Below are positions 26,709 through 36,671 of a DNA stretch of 64,000 nt, one piece after another. The notes under the pieces were generated by a model. That model saw only the letters and a program-made list of their open reading frames with translations, made no database searches and was not told the origin of the DNA. Position 1 is the stretch's first letter. Each line of letters opens with the position of its first letter. The stretch is taken from contig CALJER010000016.1 of NCBI GenBank assembly GCA_938074535.1, forward strand, positions 1-64,000, written 5' to 3'. The position numbers and the translations under genes are program-made. The DNA is from an uncultured archaeon (GTDB lineage: Archaea > Hadarchaeota > Hadarchaeia > Hadarchaeales > WYZ-LMO6).

Positions 26709-27278
26709 TTACCTGAGCTTGGCGCCCAGGTGGGCCAGCGTGGCCTTCTTCACTTCCTCGGCTTTCTCCCTTCCCACCAGCTGCTTCAGGAGTTCGAGAG
26801 CGAAGGCGAAGGCCGTGGCCGGCCCCATGCTGGTGATGATCTTCCCGTCCACCACCACCAGTTTTTTCAGCGGCCTTCCCCCGCCCTTCCTGAGCTCCGC
26901 CTCCATCCCCGGGTAGATCGTGCCCCTCTTCCCCCTGAGCACGCCCGCATCCGAGAGGACGGAGGGGGCGCCGCAGATGGCCGCCACGATCAGTCCCCTC
27001 TCCGCCGCTTCCCTCACCAGCTCCAGCACCTTCCGGTTCTTCCTGAGGTTCTCGTACCCCGGATATCCTCCAGGACAGATCACGGCGTCGAAGTCCCCTA
27101 TGCTGATTTCTTCCAGCCTGCGGTCGGGAAGCACCTTCACCCCGTGGGATCCCTCCACCGGCTTTTCCAGGCCCGCCGTCACCACCTCCACCCCTCCCCT
27201 CCTGAGGAGGTCCACCACCGTCATGGCCTCCACCTCCTCGAAGCCTGGAGCCAGGAGGACGAGGGCCTTCACCATCAT
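26709..27278 (-). CDS. DJ-1/PfpI/YajL family protein
   Basis: GFEEVE, PGG.PG, AAICGAP, ITSMGP. Confidence 0.92.
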   Translation of the reverse strand: MMVKALVLLAPGFEEVEAMTVVDLLRRGGVEVVTAGLEKPVEGSHGVKVLPDRRLEEISIGDFDAVICPGGYPGYENLRKNRKVLELVREAAERGLIVAAICGAPSVLSDAGVLRGKRGTIYPGMEAELRKGGGRPLKKLVVVDGKIITSMGPATAFAFALELLKQLVGREKAEEVKKATLAHLGAKLR

Positions 27279-27324
27279 TCTCCTTTCTCCTGGATTTTTA
27301 AAATAGAGCGGGAGAGGAGGGTGG

Positions 27325-28029
27325 ATGGAAGCGGTGGGGATGATCCTCTGCGGGGGTTACGGCAAGAGGCTTTTTCCCCTCACCCAGACCCTGCCCAAGG
27401 TCCTGCTGGAGTTGAGGAAAGGCCACACCATCCTCGACCACCAGCTCTCCCTCTACCGCAGGGCCGGGATCAGGGAGGTGTACCTTCTGGCGGGCTACCG
27501 GGCGGAAGAAATCATGAGGAGGTACGGCAGGAGCTGGAGGGGGGTGGAGCTGAGATACGTGGTGGAGAAGCGGCCCCTGGGCACCCTCAACGCCCTCAGG
27601 CTCGGGATGAGGAAGGCCAGGAGGGAAGCATTGGTCACCAACGGGGACGTGGTGATGGAGCTGGATATGGGGAAAATGTGGGAGGACTTTCGGAGGTCGG
27701 GGGCCCTGGCTTCCCTGCTGGCGGTGAAGATGAGGAGTCCCTACGGGATTCTGAGGCTCAGGGGCAGGAAGGTCGTTTCTTTCGTGGAGAAACCCCTCCT
27801 CCCGCACTACGTGAACGGCGGGGTTTACTGTCTCAGTCCCCTCCTCCTTCCCCTGATGGAAAAGTTCGGGAAGGGAAACGTGGAGCAGACCCTCTTCCCC
27901 GAGCTGGCCAGGAAAGGGGAGCTCAGGTGCTACAGGGCGGAGCTCCCTCTCTGGATACCCGTGGACACCCTCAAGGATTTGGAGGAAGCTAGGAAGAAGC
28001 TGGAGGAGCTCAGGCTAGGGGTGGCCTGA
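27325..28029 (+). CDS. Sugar-phosphate nucleotidyltransferase family protein
   Basis: LCGGYGKRLFPLT..LPK, PLGT, NGD, NGGVY. Confidence 0.88.
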   Translation: MEAVGMILCGGYGKRLFPLTQTLPKVLLELRKGHTILDHQLSLYRRAGIREVYLLAGYRAEEIMRRYGRSWRGVELRYVVEKRPLGTLNALRLGMRKARREALVTNGDVVMELDMGKMWEDFRRSGALASLLAVKMRSPYGILRLRGRKVVSFVEKPLLPHYVNGGVYCLSPLLLPLMEKFGKGNVEQTLFPELARKGELRCYRAELPLWIPVDTLKDLEEARKKLEELRLGVA

Positions 28030-28768
28030 GGGCTTCTGGAAGGAAGCTCAAGAAGCGGGGAGCTTCTCCCTTCTCCGCCCCCCCCACGAGCAGGAGCACC
28101 ACCACTTCTTCCTTCCTCCAGATCGCACCGTCTATCCCCTCACCCTCCAGGTGGAAGTGTGCCTGCTCTGGATGGCTTTCGTAGAGCCTCTTCTCCAGCT
28201 TCCCCAGCACCTCCTGGAGCCCCTCCTGGGCGTTCTCGGATGAGGGAAAGAGCAGGGCATAGAGGGCCAGCCTCTTTCCCCCCTCTCCTTCCCAGAGCCT
28301 GAAGAAGCCCTCGGCACCGGCTCCAGGCCTCCCAAGGATGGCTTCCTCCTTCACGCCGCCCTCGCCCACCTCCTTCCAGCCGGGGGGGGAGACCTGCCTG
28401 AGCCAGGAGGGAAGGTCCGGTTTGGCCTTGGCCTCCGGTGCCTCTTCCGGCCTTTCCCCCACTTCAGCCTTCTCCAGAGCTTCCCTGAGCCTATCGATCA
28501 CTTCTCCCTGAGGGGCTTCGAACTCGGGAGTCACCCTTTCCGCCTCCTGCACGGCTTCCTCGATCTCTTCCTTTTCGGGAACCGCCTCCGCACCCTCCCC
28601 CTGGCCCTCCATCACCGACAGGGTAAACAGGAGCAGGAAAAGAAAGGCCACGCCTGCCGCAAAGACGAAGGAGAGTTCGGGGGAGGAGGGGGGAAAGAGG
28701 ATGAAAAGGAGGAACCCCGCCGCAGCAACTACCAGGGAAGCCATTGCCAGGAATTTTGCCTGCTCCAT
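28010..28768 (-). CDS. Hypothetical membrane-anchored protein
   Basis: Two N-terminal TM helices, acidic linker, globular C-terminus; TTATAAA upstream. Confidence 0.7.
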   Translation of the reverse strand: MEQAKFLAMASLVVAAAGFLLFILFPPSSPELSFVFAAGVAFLFLLLFTLSVMEGQGEGAEAVPEKEEIEEAVQEAERVTPEFEAPQGEVIDRLREALEKAEVGERPEEAPEAKAKPDLPSWLRQVSPPGWKEVGEGGVKEEAILGRPGAGAEGFFRLWEGEGGKRLALYALLFPSSENAQEGLQEVLGKLEKRLYESHPEQAHFHLEGEGIDGAIWRKEEVVVLLLVGGAEKGEAPRFLSFLPEALRPPLA

Positions 28769-28858
28769 GCTTGTTTATAACTGAGGAGAGCCTCTTTATA
28801 GAGCCTGCGGGAGAAGGCTCCCAAAAACCTCTTTTAACTCCAGGTTTTAGGGGAGTGA

Positions 28859-29779
28859 ATGAGCATAAACCCCACCAAGTTCATCTGGATGGACGGGAAA
28901 CTGGTGCCCTGGGAGGAGGCCAAGGTGCATCTGCTGACCCACACCCTCCACTACGGGTACGGGGTGTTCGAGGGAATAAGGTGCTACCGAACCCCAACGG
29001 GTCCCGCCGTCTTCAGGCTGAGGGATCATATGCTGAGGCTCCAGCACTCCGCCGACATCGTGGGGATGAAGCTCCCCTACACGGTGGAGGAACTGGTGGA
29101 GGCGGTCAAGCTCACCGTGAGGGAGAACGGATTGGAGGAGTGCTACATACGCCCCATCGCCTACTGCGGCTACGGGGTGATGGGGCTGAACCCCAGGGGA
29201 GCCCCCGTGAGGGTGGCCGTGGCCGCCTGGCAGTGGGGAACCTACCTCGGGGAGGAAGGACTGAGGAACGGGGTAAGGGTGAAGATCTCACCCTACCGCA
29301 GGATACACCCCTCCGTGCTCCCCCCCCAAGCCAAGCTGGTGGCCAACTATGCCAACTCCATCCTGGCCAAGCTGGACGCGGTGGACAGCGGGTACGACGA
29401 GGCCCTCATGCTCAACTTTTCAGGCAACGTTTCTGAAGGGCCGGGGGAGAACCTGTTCATAGTGGAGAAGGGCGTCTTGGTCACTCCCCCCGTGTCCGAG
29501 TGTGCTCTCCCCGGCATAACTAGGGATTCCATCCTGCAGCTTGCCCGCCGGGAGGGCATTCCCGCCAGGGAAGAACCGGTCTCCCTGGAGAGGCTCTACG
29601 AAGCGGATGAGGCCTTTTTCACGGGAACGGCCGCGGAGGTGACCCCCATAAGGGAGGTGGGGGACCGCCCCATAGGGAACGGGAGGAGGGGGAGGATCAC
29701 CGCCAGGCTGCAGGAGCTTTACTTCAGGGTGGTGAGGGGGGAAGAGGAAGGCTACGAGCACTGGCTGGAAAGGGTTTGA
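28859..29779 (+). CDS. ilvE: Branched-chain amino acid aminotransferase
   Basis: LHYG.GVFEGIR, YIRP, AK...NY, EGPGENLF, LPGITR, TGTAAEVTPI. Confidence 0.95.
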   Translation: MSINPTKFIWMDGKLVPWEEAKVHLLTHTLHYGYGVFEGIRCYRTPTGPAVFRLRDHMLRLQHSADIVGMKLPYTVEELVEAVKLTVRENGLEECYIRPIAYCGYGVMGLNPRGAPVRVAVAAWQWGTYLGEEGLRNGVRVKISPYRRIHPSVLPPQAKLVANYANSILAKLDAVDSGYDEALMLNFSGNVSEGPGENLFIVEKGVLVTPPVSECALPGITRDSILQLARREGIPAREEPVSLERLYEADEAFFTGTAAEVTPIREVGDRPIGNGRRGRITARLQELYFRVVRGEEEGYEHWLERV

Positions 29780-29782
29780 GGC

Positions 29783-30766
29783 TCACCCCCTACAGAGGAG
29801 TTTCTCCAGATGGTCAAGGATGAATTTCTTGACCTCCTTCAGGGTGCCCTTTCCCGTGGCGCTGGCGGCCCCGGGATGTCCCCCCCCGGAACCCCCGAAG
29901 AACCTGCCCACCTCCTGCATGAGTGACCCCAGGTGGAGGTGAGTGCCCTCGCAGAGTTCGGGCGTGGCCCGCCCCGAGATTCTGAACTCTCCTTTTTCCT
30001 CGGAGCCCACAAAACTGAGGTCCGCCCCCAGCTTCAGGAGGGTGGAGGCGGCGTCGGCCTCGAAGGTGCTGAGCTCGGAGAAGACCACCAGGCGCTCCCC
30101 CATGCTTCTTACCTCCATCCGCTGCGCGGCCTTGAGCATGGCCATGCGCCTGGATCGATCCTCCGGCAGTTTAAGCGTTTCCAGGAGCTGCCTGTAATCG
30201 GCACCGCACTTTATCAGCTCGCACACGGCTTCCAGCGTGGAGTTCCTGGCGAGTTTCAGCCCGGCCGTGTCCGTCAGAATTCCCGCCAGCAGCAGGTTGG
30301 CCTGCTGCTCGGAGGGCTTCTCCCCCATCTCCCTGAGCAGGTGCAGGACCATCTCCGCTGAGGAGGTCGCCTGCTCGTTCACCCAGGCGACCTCCACCTC
30401 CTCCTTCATGCCCTCCACCTCCAGATGGTGGTCTATGAGGAGGACGGGCTTCCCCCTGACCTCCTCCCCCACCTTTCCCAGGTGGGCGAAGCTGGAGGCA
30501 TCCACCATTACCACCAGGTCGGCCTGCAGGTGGGGGGAGGTGCTCACTTCCCTTCCGCAGCGCTCCAGGAGGAGCTGAGCGAGCTTGTTCATGCCTTCTG
30601 GGACCACCACCTCAGTTTTCGCCCCCAATTTCTCCAGGATTTCGGAGAGGACGACGGCGCTCCCCACCCCATCCGGGTCCGCCTGCTGGTGGGAGACGAG
30701 GAGAAGGCGGCTCCCTTTTTTGGCCTCCTCCAGCAACAGCCTCGCAGCCTTCTCTAGAGGGGTCAA
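29783..30766 (-). CDS. DHH family phosphoesterase
   Basis: HQQADPDG, IDHH, GILTDT, GGGHPGAA. Confidence 0.9.
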   Translation of the reverse strand: MTPLEKAARLLLEEAKKGSRLLLVSHQQADPDGVGSAVVLSEILEKLGAKTEVVVPEGMNKLAQLLLERCGREVSTSPHLQADLVVMVDASSFAHLGKVGEEVRGKPVLLIDHHLEVEGMKEEVEVAWVNEQATSSAEMVLHLLREMGEKPSEQQANLLLAGILTDTAGLKLARNSTLEAVCELIKCGADYRQLLETLKLPEDRSRRMAMLKAAQRMEVRSMGERLVVFSELSTFEADAASTLLKLGADLSFVGSEEKGEFRISGRATPELCEGTHLHLGSLMQEVGRFFGGSGGGHPGAASATGKGTLKEVKKFILDHLEKLLCRG

Positions 30767-31119
30767 GCTTCGGGCCTTCTCGTTTTTAGGGTCTCTTCCA
30801 GCTTCTGCTGCAGCTCCCTGAGCCTCTCCGCTACCCTCTCCTCCTGGCGCTCCAGGGTCTTCACCCTCAGCTCTAGGGTCTCCCTCTGCTCCTCCAGTTC
30901 CTTCCTGAGTTCTTCCCTGCTGGCCCTCACCAGCAGGGGTCCAACTCCCTTGTAGACCGTCGCGTCCTGCGGGCTCTTGTCCAGCTCCTCCAGGGCCTTC
31001 TTGGTTTCCAGCATCAGCAACTCCAGCTGCTGTCTCTGTGCGGCCAGGGCCTGGGCGTGCTGCTGCGCCTGCTGGTACTGTGCCACCATGTGCTTCAGCT
31101 GCGGGGGGAGCTCTTCCAT
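30763..31119 (-). CDS. pfdB: Prefoldin beta subunit
   Basis: ELPPQ, coiled coils, VYKGVG.LLV hairpin; conserved superoperon position. Confidence 0.92.
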   Translation of the reverse strand: MEELPPQLKHMVAQYQQAQQHAQALAAQRQQLELLMLETKKALEELDKSPQDATVYKGVGPLLVRASREELRKELEEQRETLELRVKTLERQEERVAERLRELQQKLEETLKTRRPEA

Positions 31120-31376
31120 CCTCTTTCCTCCTTGAGTTCCATCATGTCGCGCACCACCGCTACGAGCCTCAGAAGGGAGTTCAGGGCAGCGCGCAGAGAG
31201 GGCGTATCCCTCGCCCTCACCTCCAGCTTCAGGGTCTTTCCCCTGGCCGAGACCCTCACGGAGCTCTTGTCCCTCCCGGGGGAGGACTCCTCCGGCTTCA
31301 GGGCCAGGAGGGCCTCCCTGGCCAGCTCCGCGCTGGGGAACACCATCTCCACCTCAGCTTCAGAGCGAGTAGACAC
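31095..31376 (-). CDS. pcc1: KEOPS complex subunit Pcc1
   Basis: ALKPE, A.D...LRAALNS.LRL; conserved position. Confidence 0.85.
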   Translation of the reverse strand: MSTRSEAEVEMVFPSAELAREALLALKPEESSPGRDKSSVRVSARGKTLKLEVRARDTPSLRAALNSLLRLVAVVRDMMELKEERGWKSSPRS

Positions 31377-31385
31377 CCAACCACC

Positions 31386-31517
31386 TCATATGGCCTTCAC
31401 CTTCCTGACCACCGGCTGGCGAACCTTGTAAAAGATCCTGAAACCGCAGCGGGGACAGACCACCCTCTCCAGCTTCTGGATCTCCACCTTTTCCCCGCAG
31501 TGGTAGCACTTGTACAT
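31386..31517 (-). CDS. rpoP: RNA polymerase subunit P (Rpo12)
   Basis: MYKCYHCG...CPRCGFRIFYKVR...VKA. Confidence 0.92.
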   Translation of the reverse strand: MYKCYHCGEKVEIQKLERVVCPRCGFRIFYKVRQPVVRKVKAI

Positions 31518-31518
31518 C

Positions 31519-31755
31519 TCATCCCCTCCTGCCCCCCGGGGAGGGGGGGTGGTAAGCCGGGCCGGCAAACTTGCCACCGCACTTGAAGCACTCCCAGATA
31601 CCTGTGCTGACCCTTTTCAGCCTCTTCGACCCACAGGAAGGGCAGGGATGCTTTCCAGCCTTCTCGGCCTCTATTTCCCCGGCCAGCCTCCTGTCTTTCA
31701 GTCCGTACCTGGGCCCGTACTTCCCCGCCGCGCCCACTTTTTTCGTCCTTCCCAT
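31519..31755 (-). CDS. rpl37ae: 50S ribosomal protein L37Ae (eL43)
   Basis: RTKKVG..GKYGPRYG, CPSC, GIWEC.KC, FAG.AY. Confidence 0.95.
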   Translation of the reverse strand: MGRTKKVGAAGKYGPRYGLKDRRLAGEIEAEKAGKHPCPSCGSKRLKRVSTGIWECFKCGGKFAGPAYHPPSPGGRRG

Positions 31756-31759
31756 ACCC

Positions 31760-32521
31760 TCACAGCTTCTTCCTCAGTTCTTCCCCGCATTTCCTTGCAA
31801 GTTCGTAGGCCTTCTCCAGTTCCTCCCTCTGGAAGAACCCGCTTCCACCCTTCTGCATGGCGCAGATGTTCCCGTTCTCCAGGGTGGAGATGGTCAGCCT
31901 CACGTCCGCCGTGTTCTCCTCCTCCAGACCCGCATCCACCATCATCACTCCGTTGAGCTTTACCACGGTCACGGCTACGGGTTTGGCCCTGAGGGGGAAC
32001 TCGGGGAGGGTCCACCCTTCCACGGCGGGAGGCTTCACGTCATAGAGCGCCGCCACGCTGGCTAGAACGGAGGCGTCTATCAGGTTCCCGTCGTGGTCGA
32101 GCACGTAGATGTCGATGAAGACCGCCCACACCTCCTCCCCCTCCTTGATACACAGCTTCTCCAGGTCTATCATCTGGGACTCCCTTATCGTCCTGTCTAC
32201 TACCCTGGCCAGTTCTATGGCGTTCTCGTTGGGTGGCCCGGGCTCGAAGGTGGGTGAGGCGAGGGGCAGGAGCTCTGCGTTCACCACCAAGATGCCGGAG
32301 GTGGGGGTGTCGGGGAAGGGTTCCCCCTTCTCAAGCTTCACGCCCACCATCACTTGGGTGTTTCCCAGCTTCACCAGGGCGGAACCTTGGGCAGTTCCTA
32401 TCACCCCCCTCTCTATCGAAACTTCCCGGTACTGATCGAGGGCCCTGCCGTCCACCCTTTTTCCCTGCATGGCCAGGTCCACTAGGTACTCCTTCTTCAC
32501 ACTTGCTATGAGTTCCTTCAT
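31760..32521 (-). CDS. rrp42: Exosome complex component Rrp42
   Basis: KRVDGR, GSALVKLG.T, FEPGPP, ELARVVDR, DGNLIDAS. Confidence 0.95.
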   Translation of the reverse strand: MKELIASVKKEYLVDLAMQGKRVDGRALDQYREVSIERGVIGTAQGSALVKLGNTQVMVGVKLEKGEPFPDTPTSGILVVNAELLPLASPTFEPGPPNENAIELARVVDRTIRESQMIDLEKLCIKEGEEVWAVFIDIYVLDHDGNLIDASVLASVAALYDVKPPAVEGWTLPEFPLRAKPVAVTVVKLNGVMMVDAGLEEENTADVRLTISTLENGNICAMQKGGSGFFQREELEKAYELARKCGEELRKKL

Positions 32522-33259
32522 CTACCTCCCTTCCTCAAGCGAGGGCAGGTATTTCTCCTTCAGGGCCTCCTTCTGGGCTTCATATATCTGCTCCACCCCT
32601 TTGAAAGCCAGGTCCAAAGCCTGCCTGAATTCCTGCGGGGTGAAGTTCCCGTCCATCTGCAAGAGGGTGATGCACTTCCTTCTGGGCATGACCGCTACGG
32701 GCATGTCGGCTTCTCCCCACTGGTCCTCCTCCTTCATCAGATCCAGCACCACCGTGCCGTCCACCTTTCCTACCGAAATTCCCGCCACCAGATCCCTCAT
32801 GGGCACGCCTGCGTCGGCGAGAGCTACGGAGGCGGCGGTGATTCCCGCCGTCCTAGTCCCCGCGTCCGCCTGGAGGATTTCGATGAACACGTCTATCACG
32901 GCCCTCGGATAGAGGTGCAGGAAGAGGACCGGCTCCAGGGCCTCCCTTATCACCTTGGAGATCTCCATGGACCTCCTGTCTGGTCCAGGTCTCTTTCTCT
33001 CCTCCACCGAAAAGGGGGCCATGTTGTACCTGCAGCGCAGGACGGCTACATCGGCCTGTTGCAGGTGCCTGGGGTGCATCTCCTTGGGACCGTAGACGGC
33101 GGCCAGGATCTTGTTCTTTCCGAGTTCTATGTAGGCCGACCCATCCGCACGCTTCAGAATCCCGGCCTTTATGCGGAGGGGTCTCAGCTCGTCTGGCCTT
33201 CTTCCGTCCAGCCTCCTCCCGTCCACCAGCAGCTTCTCGGGTTTTGCCTCTGCCATCAT
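32522..33259 (-). CDS. rrp41: Exosome complex exonuclease Rrp41
   Basis: [37 protein letters not shown]. Confidence 0.95.
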   Translation of the reverse strand: MMAEAKPEKLLVDGRRLDGRRPDELRPLRIKAGILKRADGSAYIELGKNKILAAVYGPKEMHPRHLQQADVAVLRCRYNMAPFSVEERKRPGPDRRSMEISKVIREALEPVLFLHLYPRAVIDVFIEILQADAGTRTAGITAASVALADAGVPMRDLVAGISVGKVDGTVVLDLMKEEDQWGEADMPVAVMPRRKCITLLQMDGNFTPQEFRQALDLAFKGVEQIYEAQKEALKEKYLPSLEEGR

Positions 33260-33936
33260 CCTTCCCTTTCCAGCTTGGCTTTTATCCTATCCGTGAGTCC
33301 AGATAAATGTGCTTCTCTCTCTATTAACAGTATTGCTTCCACCACCGCGTTCACTTTTTTGAGGTCCCTCCCCCTGATCAGGATCCTTCCGTTCAGCCCC
33401 ACCTCCAGCCTGCATCCCGAGGTTTCCTCCAGCACCTTCAACATGGATCCCTTCCTGCCTATTACCCTGGGAACTTTGGCCGGACTTATCTCCACCAGCC
33501 TCCCTCCCCTGATCCTCCCCATTCCTCTCTCGGAGGCCGTCAGCTGCACCCTCCACCTCTCGTCCACCTCCCTCACCTCGGCCAGCACGGCGTCGCCTAT
33601 CCTCAGGAACTTTCCTATGTCCTCTCTGAAGACGTCCACCTTTCTCCCCACCAGCTCCGAGACCATCAGGTTGCCGGTGTAAGGGGAGTTGAGGTCGAGG
33701 ATCCATCCGAAGGGATGGGTGTCGGTGACGATGCCTATCACCCTGTCCCCCCTCCTGGGGATGTACCTGCCCTGGAGGGAGATCACGCTTATGCTTTTTT
33801 CCCTTATTTCCGCCAGCCCTATCACCGCGGAGAAGATCTTTCCGCCTTCGAGAAAGGTTCCCTCCCCCGCGAAGTAATCCCCTTCCGCGAGCAGCCTGCC
33901 CGGCACCACCAGTTCCCGGTTCTCCACAAACAGCAT
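33256..33936 (-). CDS. rrp4: Exosome RNA-binding protein Rrp4
   Basis: S1 and KH domains; [17 protein letters not shown]. Confidence 0.95.
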   Translation of the reverse strand: MLFVENRELVVPGRLLAEGDYFAGEGTFLEGGKIFSAVIGLAEIREKSISVISLQGRYIPRRGDRVIGIVTDTHPFGWILDLNSPYTGNLMVSELVGRKVDVFREDIGKFLRIGDAVLAEVREVDERWRVQLTASERGMGRIRGGRLVEISPAKVPRVIGRKGSMLKVLEETSGCRLEVGLNGRILIRGRDLKKVNAVVEAILLIEREAHLSGLTDRIKAKLEREG

Positions 33937-34628
33937 CAGAGCACCTTTGTCTGAACCTCACCCCTGGTGAGGTCGTTCAGCCTGTCGAAGAACTCGGGCT
34001 GGAAGCCGGCGGGGATCTCCACCAGGAGGAGGAGGGAGCCGTCGGTGAGCCATTCCTCCTTCTTCACTTCCGCCATGCTCTTGATGGCATGCAGCGACTT
34101 CCCCGCGTACTGCGGGGGGATCTTCAGGGCTATCTTCCTCATCTCGAACTTCAGGGGGAGGATGGGCTGGATGGCCTTCACCACGGCAGGGAGCTGCTCC
34201 TCCGCCCTCTTGAACTCCTCTATCCCCACCTTGGCCCTCCTCACGGCTTCCTCCACCCGGGAGGGGGGATGGGGCAGGCCCGTCTGGGGGTTGATGGCCC
34301 TCCTGGCTATAAGGGAGACGATCTGCTTCAGCTTCTCCTCCCTCATCTTCCTCCTCTGCTCTGTGGTCAGCTGAATTTTACCCTTTAGGAGGATTTGCTC
34401 CGCCACCTTCCTTACCTCGTCGGTCCCGAAGACCTTGAGCAGGGCCTCCCTCGAGGCGGTCTCCCCCTTCCTCGCGTCCTTGAAGACCTTTTCCACGGCC
34501 AGGAGGTTTCCCATCTCCACGCTTCCGCCCTCTTTGAAAGCCACCGCCAGGTCTGGGTCCACCAGCACCTCGAAGTCCATTCCCTGTGCTGAGAGCCTCG
34601 CCACGACGGCATCTTCCAGCTTTACCAT
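33936..34628 (-). CDS. Ribosome maturation factor SBDS/SDO1
   Basis: FEVLVDP, VFKDARKG, IQLTTEQRR, INPQT..PHPP.R. Confidence 0.95.
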   Translation of the reverse strand: MVKLEDAVVARLSAQGMDFEVLVDPDLAVAFKEGGSVEMGNLLAVEKVFKDARKGETASREALLKVFGTDEVRKVAEQILLKGKIQLTTEQRRKMREEKLKQIVSLIARRAINPQTGLPHPPSRVEEAVRRAKVGIEEFKRAEEQLPAVVKAIQPILPLKFEMRKIALKIPPQYAGKSLHAIKSMAEVKKEEWLTDGSLLLLVEIPAGFQPEFFDRLNDLTRGEVQTKVL

Positions 34629-34638
34629 CTTCCCCCCA

Positions 34639-35361
34639 CTACTTCAGCTTGGAGAGGTAGCCGGCAATTTCCTCCGTGGTGAGTTTCTGGAACCTTCTGG
34701 TTTTGAGGGGAATCACGGCCACCTCCAGCTTGGTGGGTTCGAGCTCCCCTTCTATGACCAGCTTCAGGGCCCTGAAGGCCAGCAGCACAGCTTCCTCCAA
34801 GCTCATTTTGTCTCCGTACTCTTTCTCCAGGAACTCGAGCACGGTGGGGGCCCCACCCCCTATGGCCTGCGCCTTGTAAGCTGCCACCACCCCGCTGGGG
34901 TCGGTCTCGAAGAGGTGTGGCCCATCCCTGTCCACTCCGCCTATCAGCAGTCTGGCCCCGAAGGGTCTCACCCCTCCGTGCTGGGTGTAAAGCTGCTTCA
35001 GGTCCCCTATGTGTCTGGCTATGGATTGTACGCTAGCGGGTTCGTCGTACCTGAGCCTGTTTATCTGGGCCTCTATCCTGGCGTTCTCGATCAGGACTCT
35101 GGCGTCGGCTATGAGTCCCGAGGCGGCTGCACCCACATGCTCGTCTATCTGGAAAATTTTTTCAATGGAGAACTCCTCGGCCAGTCTGTTCCTCAGCCTC
35201 CTCTCGGCGGAAAGAACCACCCCATCCCTGGCTTTTATCCCCAGCGCGGTTAGACCCTTCTTCACGGCCTCCTGGGCATACTGCACCTGGAACAGCTTTC
35301 CGTCAGGACTGAAGACCGTTATGGCCCGGTCGTATCCCGCTCCCGGTGGTGCGAAAACCAT
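34639..35361 (-). CDS. psmA: Proteasome alpha subunit
   Basis: YDRAITVFSPDG.LFQV.YA, YTQ.GGVRPFG, ETDPSG. Confidence 0.97.
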   Translation of the reverse strand: MVFAPPGAGYDRAITVFSPDGKLFQVQYAQEAVKKGLTALGIKARDGVVLSAERRLRNRLAEEFSIEKIFQIDEHVGAAASGLIADARVLIENARIEAQINRLRYDEPASVQSIARHIGDLKQLYTQHGGVRPFGARLLIGGVDRDGPHLFETDPSGVVAAYKAQAIGGGAPTVLEFLEKEYGDKMSLEEAVLLAFRALKLVIEGELEPTKLEVAVIPLKTRRFQKLTTEEIAGYLSKLK

Positions 35362-35476
35362 ACAGGTCTTACCTACTGGGTGGGGTCTATATTTAACTTC
35401 ATCGTTGAGTGCCTTCCCAAAGGGGGTTCACCCTCTTCTAGGTCCCTTGCTGGACGCCGAGTTGAGATGCGGTGGA

Positions 35477-35758
35477 CTAGCCCAACGGTGAGCAGCCCTT
35501 TCTGGTCAGGAACCTGCCCGCCCCCTTTATGGTGCCTGAGACCCCAACGATTCTCACGCCCTTGAGGGAGAGAAACCTTTTGATTCCCTCCACCCGTGTG
35601 TGTTCACACCGGAGAAGAACCAGGTTGGGTCCAAGGGGGAGGAACTTCGGCTCTTCTGGGCCCAGGTTGGGCTCTTCGGCCAGCAGGACCTGCAGGTGCT
35701 CCCTGCTTATCTCCCCCCCAGGCTCCAGAATCAGGTACCTCCTCCTGGTCCTCTTCAT
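35477..35758 (-). CDS. rnp2: Short, divergent RNase P protein Pop5/Rpp14 family (93 aa)
   Basis: RRRYL N-terminus, LLRC, IVGVSGTIK C-terminal motif; position upstream of psmA. Confidence 0.7.
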   Translation of the reverse strand: MKRTRRRYLILEPGGEISREHLQVLLAEEPNLGPEEPKFLPLGPNLVLLRCEHTRVEGIKRFLSLKGVRIVGVSGTIKGAGRFLTRKGCSPLG

Positions 35759-36189
35759 TTTTGCTTCCCCAGGGATCTGAGGACTTCTGAGAGCTCCCCG
35801 GCTCTGGAGGAACCCCCTTCTATCCTCAGGTTTAGGTGTATTACCTCGTCCCCCTTCCCCAGCACCCACCTGCCCAGACAGGCTTCTTGCTTGTCGAGCC
35901 TCAGGTAGAGGTTCCCGCGCCTGTCCATGCGGCTTTCCAGGCCTGAGAGTAGAGCTTCCCTGTCTTCAAGCTTCCGGAGGAGAGAGGAGAGCATTTCCTC
36001 CACCTCTCTCCCGCCCTTTACCCTGGCTTCCAGCATGGAGAGGGGATTGCCGTGGTGTCCCTCCATCTCGATCTTCTTCTCCTTGGTCCCCGCGGGAAGG
36101 AGGTTCCTGAGAACCCCCGACAGCTTCCCCTCATCCTCGGTGGCGTGCACCAGGACCCTTACCCTGACCTCACGCACGGGGAGCCTCAT
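35755..36189 (-). CDS. Exosome-operon RNA-binding protein (COG1325-like)
   Basis: VHATEDE.K, EGHHGNP, LYLRLDKQ. Confidence 0.88.
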   Translation of the reverse strand: MRLPVREVRVRVLVHATEDEGKLSGVLRNLLPAGTKEKKIEMEGHHGNPLSMLEARVKGGREVEEMLSSLLRKLEDREALLSGLESRMDRRGNLYLRLDKQEACLGRWVLGKGDEVIHLNLRIEGGSSRAGELSEVLRSLGKQK

Positions 36190-36227
36190 CCAGGGTTAAA
36201 GAGGTACCCGGGGGGAAAAACCTTAGC

Positions 36228-36671
36228 CTAGAGCCCCCTGCTCTTTCTTCCGGCCGAGGTCAGTCCCCTGAAGACCCTTCCCCTGGCCTTTATCTGGGAG
36301 AGCTGCGGGTCGCTCCTTATGACGGGGTGGTGGGGATCGATCAGTATCACCTCGAAGTACTCGCTTCTTCCGTCGGAGTCCACCCAGTAGGAGTTGAGAA
36401 CCTCCAGGTTGGGATACTTCCTGGCCGCCCTCTCCTCCGCTATCCACTGAAGGCTCTTGGCTGGCGTGAACTTCAGGACCCCCATCCTGCGGGGCTTCCT
36501 TCCCCTCGCGGGCCTGGGTTTTCTCCTCCCACCCTTCCTCACCCTCACCCTCACCACTACCACGCCCTGCTTGTCCTTGTACCCCAGCGCCCTGGCCCTC
36601 CTGAGCTTGGTGGGTTTAGGAATCCTTACCACGGAGGGCTCCCTTCCGGACCGCACTTTCCCAGGGTTCAT
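36228..36671 (-). CDS. rpl15e: 50S ribosomal protein L15e, terminally shortened
   Basis: [10 protein letters not shown]...[49 protein letters not shown]. Confidence 0.92.
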   Translation of the reverse strand: MNPGKVRSGREPSVVRIPKPTKLRRARALGYKDKQGVVVVRVRVRKGGRRKPRPARGRKPRRMGVLKFTPAKSLQWIAEERAARKYPNLEVLNSYWVDSDGRSEYFEVILIDPHHPVIRSDPQLSQIKARGRVFRGLTSAGRKSRGL

